Assembly: GCA_026002795.1 (NCBI GenBank)
Contig: BPGA01000001.1
Span: 390,001-422,000, forward strand
DNA: 32,000 nt
Source: Candidatus Saccharimonadota bacterium
GTDB taxonomy: Archaea; Nanobdellota; Nanobdellia; Pacearchaeales; GW2011-AR1
Direction of reading: 5' to 3'
A program made the translations under genes and the position numbers. The number at the start of each line of letters is the position of its first letter. Within the stretch, counting starts at the first letter, position 1. Positions 1 to 8,051 of the stretch are shown one piece after another. A model generated the notes under the pieces. That model did no database searches and was not told the DNA's origin. It worked only from the letters and a program-made list of their open reading frames with translations.

Positions 1-203
1 ATAAGCTTTGTTATTAAAGAAGCTAATTGAGCTATACTTATCAAAAGAAACCCAACCCCAACATACAAAAATCTCTTATTTTTACTTATTTTATAATTTT
101 TTATTGCAAGCAAAGAAAAAATTACTACAACAAAAAAACTAAAAAAATCTATAAAAACATCAGCTGAAAGAAACCAATCAGGAGTTAAAACTATTTTTAC
201 CAT
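1..203 (-). CDS. partial integral membrane protein (C-terminus lies outside the window)
   Basis: ATG at 203-201 on the minus strand opens a frame that runs off the window start. The translation MVKIVLTPDWFLSADVFIDFFSFFVVVIFSLLAIKNYK...GVGFLLISIAQLASLITKL is TM-like. It is absent from the ORF track because it is truncated. Confidence 0.35.
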   Translation of the reverse strand, partial: MVKIVLTPDWFLSADVFIDFFSFFVVVIFSLLAIKNYKISKNKRFLYVGVGFLLISIAQLASLITKL

Positions 204-343
204 TATAAATTCATTTTTTGAGATTATTTAAAAGGCTTATGGAACATCCTTTCATATTTGTAGTATCTAATATATATTCACAATTCATTTATAAACTCTT
301 TCATAATTTATTTTAGCTCTCTTTCAACCCCCTTTTTCTTTTT

Positions 344-931
344 TTAGAATCCTCTTAAATCTAATTCGTTGTTTATGAGTGTTACAACATGACTTGCAAA
401 ATAAACTTTCGGTCCGACAGAGATTTTTTTTGAAATTTTTTTAAGTCTTTTAAGTTCTTTTTTTGGTAAGCCAAGATGATCGCCAATAACAAAAACAGAG
501 TTTTTAGGAATATCTATATTTCTTAAGTTTTCTCCATTTTTATCCATAATAAAAATTTCATTTTTTTTACTTAATTCTTCTATAACCTCTAAAAAACTTT
601 TTTTTTCTATATAACATCCAGGAACGGCCTCAATTTTTTTTCCTTCTTTATATTTATATAAAATTTTTTTGAGGAGGTTTGCTACATCTTTTTTACTTAA
701 ATTTGTTTCTGGTTTTATAGACATTTCTATATGTTTTGGGGGATCCGGAGGTCCGTAAAAAATAAGGTGAAGTACTACATCATTTCTAATTGAATGTGAA
801 AGGAAAAAAGAGTTTATTATAACATGTATTGCAATATCCATTCTTCCCGCTGACATTAAATTGATATTTTTTCCAGACAAGACTTTTCCAGAGGTTTTTG
901 CTGTTGAGGAAAAATATACAAAAGTTCTCAT
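344..931 (-). CDS. trmY: tRNA (pseudouridine54-N1)-methyltransferase TrmY (SPOUT, DUF358 family)
   Basis: 195 aa. SAGRMD...FFLSHSIRNDV...GPPDPP...VIGDHLG...ISVGP...ASH resembles the MJ1640/TrmY family by recall. ATG start verified. Confidence 0.75.
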   Translation of the reverse strand: MRTFVYFSSTAKTSGKVLSGKNINLMSAGRMDIAIHVIINSFFLSHSIRNDVVLHLIFYGPPDPPKHIEMSIKPETNLSKKDVANLLKKILYKYKEGKKIEAVPGCYIEKKSFLEVIEELSKKNEIFIMDKNGENLRNIDIPKNSVFVIGDHLGLPKKELKRLKKISKKISVGPKVYFASHVVTLINNELDLRGF

Positions 932-1055
932 ATAAAAAAGATAAATATTAAATTATTAAATTTAATCATTTTTTAGCTGTAATGTTGTGAGTTAGCTTTT
1001 ATCTTTCTCAATTTTCTCAAATAAAAGATTATTTATTAACATCTTAACATCTACT

Positions 1056-1931
1056 TTAAGTATCATTAATTCTTTGAAAAACAAATTCTGGCTTAGCAAA
1101 AATTTTTTTATCTAAAACAACCCTAAAAACACCTATAAATTTTTCATCATCAAAAACACAAAAAATATCATTTAATTTAAGTCTTTCATCTTTTATAAGA
1201 AAATTTTTATAAATAGGGCTTCCATGAATAATTCTTTTTATGAACTCTTTTTTTATTCTTACAATAGGATATAGCTTTGATATTATTTCGCCAGGAATAA
1301 GCATATTCCTTAAAAACATTTCATTTCCATTTTTGTATTCTTTTACAGCTCTTTCAAAATCATATAGTGTATAGCTTTCATCTTCACTAAAAATACTTGC
1401 CTTTGTTCTTCTTAATTCTAGCATATGTGCACCAACTTTAAGTTCTGTTCCTAAATCGTGAATTAATTTTCTTATGTAAGTTCCTGCTTCACACTCAACC
1501 AGAAATAAAAATTCTTTTCCATTGATTTCAAGTATTTCAAATTTTTTTATTTCTCTTTCTCTTTCTTCTCTTTTAACATTAGATCTTACAGGAGGCTTTT
1601 GGATTATTGTTCCTAAAAATTTTTCTTTTATTTTATTTTTTACTTCTTCTAAAGAAAGTTCTTTATGGAGATGCATAATTCCAACATAAGTTTTATCTTT
1701 TTTTATGAAGAAGTCAGTTAGTCTACAAGCCCTATTTAGTGCAATAGGCAAAACACCAGTTACAGCAGGATCTAAAGTGCCAAAATGGCTTGTTTTTTTT
1801 AAATTTAGCTCTTTTTTTATGTATTCAGACACTTGAAAACTAGTTGGTCCTGACGGTTTATCAATATTTATAATTCCAAATTCTAAAAGCTCTTTTAAAG
1901 ATTTTTTTTGTTTAATTTTGTTTATATCCAT
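1056..1931 (-). CDS. cbf5: H/ACA RNP pseudouridine synthase Cbf5 (TruB family) with C-terminal PUA-like region
   Basis: 291 aa. TruB catalytic motif HFGTLDPAVTGVLPIAL (catalytic Asp), followed by GTYIRKLIHDLG. Confidence 0.9.
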   Translation of the reverse strand: MDINKIKQKKSLKELLEFGIINIDKPSGPTSFQVSEYIKKELNLKKTSHFGTLDPAVTGVLPIALNRACRLTDFFIKKDKTYVGIMHLHKELSLEEVKNKIKEKFLGTIIQKPPVRSNVKREEREREIKKFEILEINGKEFLFLVECEAGTYIRKLIHDLGTELKVGAHMLELRRTKASIFSEDESYTLYDFERAVKEYKNGNEMFLRNMLIPGEIISKLYPIVRIKKEFIKRIIHGSPIYKNFLIKDERLKLNDIFCVFDDEKFIGVFRVVLDKKIFAKPEFVFQRINDT

Positions 1932-2000
1932 TTTATCTATTATCTTATTATATTGAAAAGAAAACTACTCTTTATAAAATTAGAAACTGAAAATTAATTT

Positions 2001-2387
2001 TTATCTTTTTGTTAGAGAAAATTTTCCCGGACCAGTTAAATAAATTGTAACAATTCCTGAGATAGCTATTAAATGGAAAAAAGAATTTGTCGATAGTATT
2101 CCTTGATTTGGAATAACAACCAAAATTTCTGCAACAAGTAAGATAAATGCTAAAGGAAGCGCTGTTATTCTTGTTTTAAATCCTAAGAAAATTAAAGCTC
2201 CAAAAATAAATTCAGAAAGAGCAAGTAACCAAGCAAAAAAAGTAGCTATTGGAAAACCTAAATTTCCTAACATTGTATCTACTCCAGAAATGTTGCCTAG
2301 TTTTTTAATACCTGTAATTATAAACATTAACCCAATAGTTACTCTTAATAAGGTATGCCCCAAAAGATGCAAATCTTTTTTTGTCAT
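2001..2387 (-). CDS. DoxX-family membrane protein
   Basis: 128 aa with 4 predicted TM segments. LLRVTIGLMFIITGIKKL and the SEFIFGALIFLGFKTR pattern are typical of DoxX. Confidence 0.65.
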   Translation of the reverse strand: MTKKDLHLLGHTLLRVTIGLMFIITGIKKLGNISGVDTMLGNLGFPIATFFAWLLALSEFIFGALIFLGFKTRITALPLAFILLVAEILVVIPNQGILSTNSFFHLIAISGIVTIYLTGPGKFSLTKR

Positions 2388-2486
2388 AAATAAACAAAAC
2401 GCAAGCTGTTTTTTAAAACTTTCTGAAGTTTTGATAATAATTATAAACCTTAAGTTATAATTTAAAATTAAAATTTAAGATTAAAA

Positions 2487-3101
2487 ATGATAAAAGAATT
2501 AAAACAGCTTTATGAGCTTAAAAGATTAGGGAAAAAACCAGGAGAAATTAGGTTAGCAGCAGATAACTGGAAAAATGATTTTCAAAGGTTAGTTGCTATT
2601 TTACTTTCAGCAAGAACAACAGATGAGATAACAATAAAATCCTGCGAAAAACTTTTTAGAAGATACCCAAACGCAGAAAAACTTTATAGAGCAAATCCAA
2701 AAGACATTGAACATTTAATAAAATCTGTTAATTTTTATCGAAATAAAACAAAAAGCCTTCTTAAGCTTTCTAAAGTTTTAATTGAGAAATATAATGGAAA
2801 AGTTCCTAAAAATTTTGATTTATTAATACAACTTCCAGGAGTAGGAAGAAAGACAGCAAATGTTTTTCTTGCAAGTTGTGGTAAAGATGCTATAGGTGTT
2901 GATACACATCTAAATTACATATCTCGAAAACTAGGTTGGACAAAAAATACAAAGCCAGAAAAGATAGAAGAAGATTTGAAAAAAATATTTCCAAAAAAAT
3001 ATTGGAAAATGATAAATCCGATTGCTGTAAGATTTGGCAAAACTTATACAAACAAAAAAATAAAAGACAAACTTCTTGAAAAAATTAAAAAAATAAAATG
3101 A
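2487..3101 (+). CDS. nth: endonuclease III-like HhH-GPD DNA glycosylase lacking the C-terminal 4Fe-4S Cys cluster
   Basis: 204 aa. HhH motif LPGVGRKTANVFL and catalytic Asp context GVDTH are present. The C-terminal 60 residues contain no cysteines. Confidence 0.8.
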   Translation: MIKELKQLYELKRLGKKPGEIRLAADNWKNDFQRLVAILLSARTTDEITIKSCEKLFRRYPNAEKLYRANPKDIEHLIKSVNFYRNKTKSLLKLSKVLIEKYNGKVPKNFDLLIQLPGVGRKTANVFLASCGKDAIGVDTHLNYISRKLGWTKNTKPEKIEEDLKKIFPKKYWKMINPIAVRFGKTYTNKKIKDKLLEKIKKIK

Positions 3102-3742
3102 CTAAAATTAATTCTGTTATTTCTTTGATTAGTCAATTAAAAAAAACGAAAATTAGACCAACGATAAATAAAAGAATGAAAGAATTTGAAAAAATTAAAA
3201 CAAAAAAAGCAATTTTTAAAGAATTATGCTTTTGTATTTTAACAGCAAATTCAAGTGCAGAAAAATGCATTAAAATCCAAAAAGAAATTAATGATGGTTT
3301 TTTTTATTTAAATGAAAAAAAACTTTCTAAAAAGCTTTCAGATTTAGGTTATAGGTTTCCTAATACAAGAGCAAAATATATTATAGAAGCAAGAAAAAAA
3401 ATTAAAGAATTGATTAAAGCTATTAATCTTTGTAAGAAAGGAAATAATAAAAAAGCAAGAGAATTAAGAGAGTGGCTTGTTAAAAACATTAAAGGTTTAG
3501 GAATGAAAGAATCATCTCATTTTTTGAGGAATATAGGATATAAAAATTTAGCAATTATTGATTTTCATATTGTTGATTTTTTAGTTAAAAATAAAATTAT
3601 TAAAGAAAATAAAAATTTAACAAAAGAAAAATATCTTGAAATTGAAGAAATTTTAAAAAAAATAGCAAATAAAACAAATTTATCTCTTGGAGAGCTTGAT
3701 CTTTATATATGGTATCTTGAAACAGAAAAAGTTTTAAAATAA
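3098..3742 (+). CDS. ogg: 8-oxoguanine DNA glycosylase/lyase, archaeal Ogg2-type (HhH-GPD)
   Basis: 214 aa. GLGMKESSHFLRNIGYKNLAIIDFHI matches the Ogg2 HhH and catalytic Lys/Asp region. The ATGA overlap with nth (3098-3101) suggests translational coupling. Confidence 0.75.
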   Translation: MTKINSVISLISQLKKTKIRPTINKRMKEFEKIKTKKAIFKELCFCILTANSSAEKCIKIQKEINDGFFYLNEKKLSKKLSDLGYRFPNTRAKYIIEARKKIKELIKAINLCKKGNNKKARELREWLVKNIKGLGMKESSHFLRNIGYKNLAIIDFHIVDFLVKNKIIKENKNLTKEKYLEIEEILKKIANKTNLSLGELDLYIWYLETEKVLK

Positions 3743-3853
3743 AAAATTAAAATAAAGATAGTTATTTTATGGAATTTATTCAGATTATTGTAACTTTTTA
3801 GAGATAACAATAGTTAAATTTATAAATTCTAACTAAAATAAATCTTAAACAAA

Positions 3854-4444
3854 ATGAAAAAGAGAATAGCTTTAACTTTGTTAGGAATTTTATACTTTGG
3901 AGCACCAAGTAAAACCTTAGAAGAAACTATAAACTTTGGAGTAGAATCATCATTGGAAGAGATAATTGAGACTATAGAAAATTTACCTAATAAAGAAATA
4001 AAAAAATACAAAAAAATCTATGAGATTTTAGAAGAAGAATACAAAAAACTTGATAATTTTCCTCCTTATTTTGATTTAGATATTTTGTCTCGATTGATAT
4101 ACGCAGAATCAAGGTATAATGAAAAAGCGGTGAGTAGAAATAATGCAAAGGGATTAATGCAATTAAAGAGAAGTGCTTGGTACCAGGTTGAAAAAAATTT
4201 AGATTATGACGAAAATGTTTTTAATCCTAGAATGAATATTAGAGTTGGTTTAAAATACATTTTATGGATTGATGAATATTGTAGAAAAAAACATCAAGAA
4301 TGGGATAGTTTAGAAGACAAAGAAAAAAGAAAGATTGTTTTAGCTGCATATAATGCAGGTGCCTTTAGAGTTTTTTCTAGAAATTGGGATATAAGCAAGA
4401 TGCCAAAAGAAACTAGAGAGTATATTAAGTACTTTGATGAATAA
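3854..4444 (+). CDS. secreted lytic transglycosylase (SLT domain, GH23)
   Basis: 196 aa. N-terminal signal or TM segment MKKRIALTLLGILYFGAP. SLT motifs YAESRYNEKAVSRNNAKGLMQL (catalytic Glu) and AAYNAG are present. Confidence 0.75.
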   Translation: MKKRIALTLLGILYFGAPSKTLEETINFGVESSLEEIIETIENLPNKEIKKYKKIYEILEEEYKKLDNFPPYFDLDILSRLIYAESRYNEKAVSRNNAKGLMQLKRSAWYQVEKNLDYDENVFNPRMNIRVGLKYILWIDEYCRKKHQEWDSLEDKEKRKIVLAAYNAGAFRVFSRNWDISKMPKETREYIKYFDE

Positions 4445-5017
4445 CTATTTTTGTAAAGCCATTCTTCTCTGTCTTTTTGGCTGTTTGTCTTGTTTTGTTA
4501 AATGTTTTTTCATTTTTGCTGTTGCTCTTTCAAATTGTTGCGTTGATTTTATTACAGCGGCTTTCTTTTTTTCTAGTTCTTCTTTCTTTTCTTCTGTCTC
4601 TTTAATTTCCTCTTTTTTTTCTTCCTCTTTTCTTTCCTTTTCTTCGAGAGTTTCTTTTTTCTTTAAATTATCTTGAATTTTCATTCCTCTTTTTTCTAAT
4701 CTTTGTTTTTTAAATAAAAGATCTTTAGGAAGATCTACAAGCTCTACCTTTATTGAATTATCTTCTTCTATTGTTTTGACTTTAACTTTAGCGGGTGGTT
4801 TTCTAGCTCCTCTTTTCCATATATATTCATTAAGAAAAACATCAATTTTTATTTTTTTATAATCTTTATCATAAATTTTTAAATGTCTTGCAATAAATTT
4901 TTTAATTTCATTTATTGCTTTTTTTGATCTTTTATACCTTGCAGTATTTATTGTTTTTTTTCTTAAAGGAATTACATAAATCTTTTCTTTTATAGTACTT
5001 TCAATATTTTGTTCCAT
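4445..5017 (-). CDS. rpl31e: ribosomal protein eL31 with a ~95-aa Lys/Glu-rich C-terminal extension
   Basis: The N-terminal ~95 aa (IPLRK...RYKRSKKAINEIKKFIARHLK...IDVFLNEYIWKRGARKPPAKVKVK) match eL31. The remainder is KE-rich low complexity. Sits in the conserved S19e-L39e-L31e order. Confidence 0.8.
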   Translation of the reverse strand: MEQNIESTIKEKIYVIPLRKKTINTARYKRSKKAINEIKKFIARHLKIYDKDYKKIKIDVFLNEYIWKRGARKPPAKVKVKTIEEDNSIKVELVDLPKDLLFKKQRLEKRGMKIQDNLKKKETLEEKERKEEEKKEEIKETEEKKEELEKKKAAVIKSTQQFERATAKMKKHLTKQDKQPKRQRRMALQK

Positions 5018-5026
5018 TTTAAATTT

Positions 5027-5230
5027 TTAACCTAAATGAGATTTTCTAATCTTTCTTGGTTTTATGTGAAGTTTCGTTCTTCTCCATGATCTTTTATATC
5101 TTGTTATAACAAAAGGGTGTACTTTTTTACCTAAACCGAATTTTCTTAAAACAGCCCAGATAGGAGCCCATTTTGTTTGCCTTCTTTTTTTTGCAAGTTG
5201 TGCTTTTTTTTCAGGATTTTTTATACCCAT
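5027..5230 (-). CDS. rpl39e: ribosomal protein eL39
   Basis: 67 aa and very basic. KKAQLAKKRRQTKWAPIWAV...RSWRRTKLHI matches eL39. Lies between S19e and L31e. Confidence 0.8.
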   Translation of the reverse strand: MGIKNPEKKAQLAKKRRQTKWAPIWAVLRKFGLGKKVHPFVITRYKRSWRRTKLHIKPRKIRKSHLG

Positions 5231-5233
5231 TTT

Positions 5234-5698
5234 TTACTTTATACTCTCTAAAAATTTTTTTCCTTTTTCTGTTAAGTATCTTCCTGGCTTCTTGTTTTTT
5301 AATCCTTTTGCACCTTTTAAAATTTCAGTGAAACCAGCTTTGTCTGATTGTTGCAAAATAACTCTAATTATTTTTCCACTTGCTTTTCTAAATTTTTCTG
5401 GTTTGAATCCACGATTTTTTCTGTTTCCGTATTTTGTTCTTAGTCTGTTAACTCCAACACTTCCTTTAAGATAAATCTGTCTTAGTATACTGGCAGCCCT
5501 CTTGTACCAAAAATCAGGATCGTCAATTGGTCTTGCTTTACCAGAACCAGACTTAACAAATTTTAACCATTCTGGCTCTTTAAATTCTGGAATTTTTTTT
5601 AAAGCTTCTGCTAACTTTAAATTATATTCACTAGCTTTAAGTTCATAAACAGGATTTTTTTCCATTTTAGGCTTGCCTTTCGGCAATAGAACAGCCAT
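5234..5698 (-). CDS. rps19e: ribosomal protein eS19
   Basis: 154 aa. PEWLKFVKSGSGKARPIDDPDFWYKRAASILRQIYL...GVNRLRTKYG is characteristic of eS19. Confidence 0.9.
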   Translation of the reverse strand: MAVLLPKGKPKMEKNPVYELKASEYNLKLAEALKKIPEFKEPEWLKFVKSGSGKARPIDDPDFWYKRAASILRQIYLKGSVGVNRLRTKYGNRKNRGFKPEKFRKASGKIIRVILQQSDKAGFTEILKGAKGLKNKKPGRYLTEKGKKFLESIK

Positions 5699-5805
5699 AA
5701 AAATTTATTTTATAACTGGCTGTTTACCCATTTAAAACTAAAAAAGTTAGTATATAAATTTATCTAAATTTTAAACTATTTTTGTTGAGAGCTAGACTTA
5801 ATTTT

Positions 5806-6174
5806 TTATTTACCAATATTCATATTCTTTTTTCCTTCTACAGCTTTTAAGATTTTTTCTGTTCTTAGAGAAACTATTCTTTCTAAATTTTCAGAAAGTC
5901 CATCCTCTAAACAACTTTTCATCTTACCAATTGCTGTCGAATCTCCAATAACTTTTAATGTTTTTTCTTCTTCATTGATACAAACAACTAATGGTTTTCC
6001 AAAAGCTTTTTTACTAACATAGTATGAATAAGGCTCATAAATTTTTACTGCTACCCCCAAATCTAAAGCTAAACTTTCAAAATAATCTACTGTTAAACAA
6101 AACTCATCTGGTTTTAAAGAGAATTCACGAAACTCTTCTTGAAAGATTCTTTTACCTTTATAATTTTTTAGCAT
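5806..6174 (-). CDS. hypothetical protein
   Basis: 122-aa ORF with an ATG start, co-oriented with its neighbours. No motif recognised. Confidence 0.5.
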   Translation of the reverse strand: MLKNYKGKRIFQEEFREFSLKPDEFCLTVDYFESLALDLGVAVKIYEPYSYYVSKKAFGKPLVVCINEEEKTLKVIGDSTAIGKMKSCLEDGLSENLERIVSLRTEKILKAVEGKKNMNIGK

Positions 6175-6221
6175 TATTAATCAAAAAAATACTATTTATA
6201 TTCTTTTATATTCTATTTTAT

Positions 6222-6464
6222 TTATCTCACTTCTTTTCTCCATCTCTTAAGGAAAATTGTAAAGCCAACAATTTTTGCAGTGTATCTTTTTCCTAGGTTA
6301 TTTAAAATTTCATCTGTATACTCTTTAATCTTCTCTTTATTATGTCCAGCACTTTTTAAAATAGAAACTTTAACTAAATCATGATTTTCGAAATGACCTT
6401 TTAAAGTTTCAATAAAATTCTTAGTTATTCCTTTTTTTCCTATTTGGAGATGACTTTGTGGCAT
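6222..6464 (-). CDS. YhbY/CRS1 (CRM-domain) RNA-binding protein
   Basis: 80 aa. LQIGKKGITKNFIETLKGHFENHDLVKVSIL matches the YhbY N-terminal signature. This family commonly neighbours S19e and RNase P protein genes in archaea. Confidence 0.75.
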   Translation of the reverse strand: MPQSHLQIGKKGITKNFIETLKGHFENHDLVKVSILKSAGHNKEKIKEYTDEILNNLGKRYTAKIVGFTIFLKRWRKEVR

Positions 6465-6465
6465 T

Positions 6466-6864
6466 TTATGTGCTTTTTTTGTTGTGTAATCTTATAATAT
6501 CCTCTTTTTTTATTTTTATTGTTTTTGCTTTTTTTACGTGCCAAGTACCTGGTTTAAGATTTTTTGTTTTTGAAATATTTTTTCCGGTAAATACGCTTAC
6601 TAAAACATCTTTTTTGTTATCTTTCCAATCTTGGCTATATAGTGCGACAAAGATTCCTGCTTCGTAAATTTCTTTTTTTGTTGGTTTTATTTTTTCAATT
6701 ACACAAAAAGGACTTCCTGGATAAACAGTATGTAAAATTATGTTGTTTTTATCTTTATACAAATACATTAAAGCATCATTGCTTTTTGCATCTTTTCCTA
6801 AAATAATTTTTGTTCCTGAAGACAAAATTTTTTCTCTAAACTTTATTTTTTTATTTTTTTCCAT
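6466..6864 (-). CDS. stand-alone NFACT-R (DUF814) RNA-binding domain protein
   Basis: 132 aa. ILGKDAKSNDALMYLYKDKNNIILHTVYPGSPFCVI resembles the DUF814 core (GKna..Nd.L......d.w.H.....gSh.v.). Confidence 0.65.
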   Translation of the reverse strand: MEKNKKIKFREKILSSGTKIILGKDAKSNDALMYLYKDKNNIILHTVYPGSPFCVIEKIKPTKKEIYEAGIFVALYSQDWKDNKKDVLVSVFTGKNISKTKNLKPGTWHVKKAKTIKIKKEDIIRLHNKKST

Positions 6865-7312
6865 TTTTTGACAACCAAGAATTTACAATTTTTAATGACT
6901 TTTTTTGATTTGGCCAGGTTAAAGTCTTATATGCGTTGCTAAAACTTAACCATTTAAAACCAGAATGTTCTTTTTTGTCTATTTTGATTTTCTTAATTTT
7001 AACTTCTGCGGCAAATAAAGAAAATGTTTGACCAATAAAATTTGGTCTATCTTTTAAAATTTTTTTATATTTGTATCTACCTTTGTAATTAAATTTTTTT
7101 ATTTTTAAAGGATAAAGTCCTGTTTCTTCAAAAAGCTCTCTTCTCACTGCTTCTATCGAGCTTTCATTTTTTTCTATAGCTCCTTTAGGAAACTCCCAAC
7201 CTTTCCAATGAAGCTTTCTTTTTAGTAGAAGATAAACTGGTTCTTTTTTTGTTAAAGAATAAACAACAATAAAAACAGCCTTTCTATACTTTTTATTTAA
7301 ACGAGTTTTCAT
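6851..7312 (-). CDS. Nudix hydrolase
   Basis: Nudix box GWEFPKGAIEKNESSIEAVRRELFEETGL. The ORF track starts at a TTG at 7327; the first ATG is at 7312 (MKTRLNKK...). The 3' end overlaps the NFACT-R gene by 14 nt. Confidence 0.85.
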   Translation of the reverse strand: MKTRLNKKYRKAVFIVVYSLTKKEPVYLLLKRKLHWKGWEFPKGAIEKNESSIEAVRRELFEETGLYPLKIKKFNYKGRYKYKKILKDRPNFIGQTFSLFAAEVKIKKIKIDKKEHSGFKWLSFSNAYKTLTWPNQKKSLKIVNSWLSKNGKK

Positions 7313-7374
7313 TAAAATTAAAAACAATCATATTTTTTAAACTTTAAATTTTATTATATAAAATTTATTATAAA

Positions 7375-8049
7375 ATGTTAAGAAAAGAGAATTTAGAAAT
7401 AAAAGCGATAATTTTTGATTTGGATAATTTGTTAATTGACTCTTATAAAGATCATTTTGAATCTTTCTATTATGTTTTAAAAAAAAGAGGTTTTAAAATA
7501 AAAAAAGAAGACGTGTTTCGAAAGTTCGGGGTTTCTGCTTTTGAGTTAGTTAGGGGTTTAATTCCTAAAATAAAAAATAATGAAATAAAAAAAATTGTTC
7601 AAGAAAAAGAAGAAGAATATAGAAAAATTCTTAGAAAACGAGGAGTCAAAATTTTTTCAGGTGTTAAAGAACTTTTAGACTTTTTAAAGAAGAAAAAAAT
7701 TAAACTTATAATTTCTTCTTCTGCGTCAGAAGAAAACATCTCTTTAATTCTAAAAAAAAGTTTTTTAGGAAAATATTTTAAAAAGTTTGTTGCTTCAGAA
7801 CATACAAAAAAACATAAACCGAATCCAGAGCCATTAATTAAAGCAGCAAAAATAATAAGAATAAGTCCAAAAAACTGCATTTATGTTGGTGATTCAATTT
7901 ATGAAATGATAGCAGCAAAAAGAGCAAAAATGTTTTCAGTTGCTATTTTATCTGGTAGTTACTCTAGAAAAGAACTGAAAAAAGCCGGTGCGAATTTAAT
8001 TTTTAAAGATATTAAAGAATTTAAAAAATTTCTAGAAAAAATTTTGTGA
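7375..8049 (+). CDS. HAD-superfamily hydrolase, subfamily IA (phosphoglycolate phosphatase / PGM-like)
   Basis: 224 aa. Motif I IIFDLDNLLIDS, motif II IISSSAS, motif III K..KPNPEP, motif IV YVGDSIYEM. Confidence 0.8.
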   Translation: MLRKENLEIKAIIFDLDNLLIDSYKDHFESFYYVLKKRGFKIKKEDVFRKFGVSAFELVRGLIPKIKNNEIKKIVQEKEEEYRKILRKRGVKIFSGVKELLDFLKKKKIKLIISSSASEENISLILKKSFLGKYFKKFVASEHTKKHKPNPEPLIKAAKIIRISPKNCIYVGDSIYEMIAAKRAKMFSVAILSGSYSRKELKKAGANLIFKDIKEFKKFLEKIL

Positions 8050-8051
8050 TT

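Noticed and set aside
3770-3805. A short inverted repeat (TATTGT...ACAATA) downstream of ogg, considered as a possible terminator hairpin.
   Set aside because: It has only a ~6-bp AT-rich stem and a ~17-nt loop, which is expected by chance. Archaeal termination relies mainly on oligo-T tracts.
3829-4011. A 60-aa minus-strand ORF overlapping the start of the SLT gene.
   Set aside because: It is antisense to a gene with clear catalytic motifs and shows no supporting features.
4434-4676. An 80-aa plus-strand ORF rich in Phe, Ser and Cys.
   Set aside because: It is antisense to the Lys/Glu-rich tail of eL31. It is a low-complexity mirror ORF with no start context.
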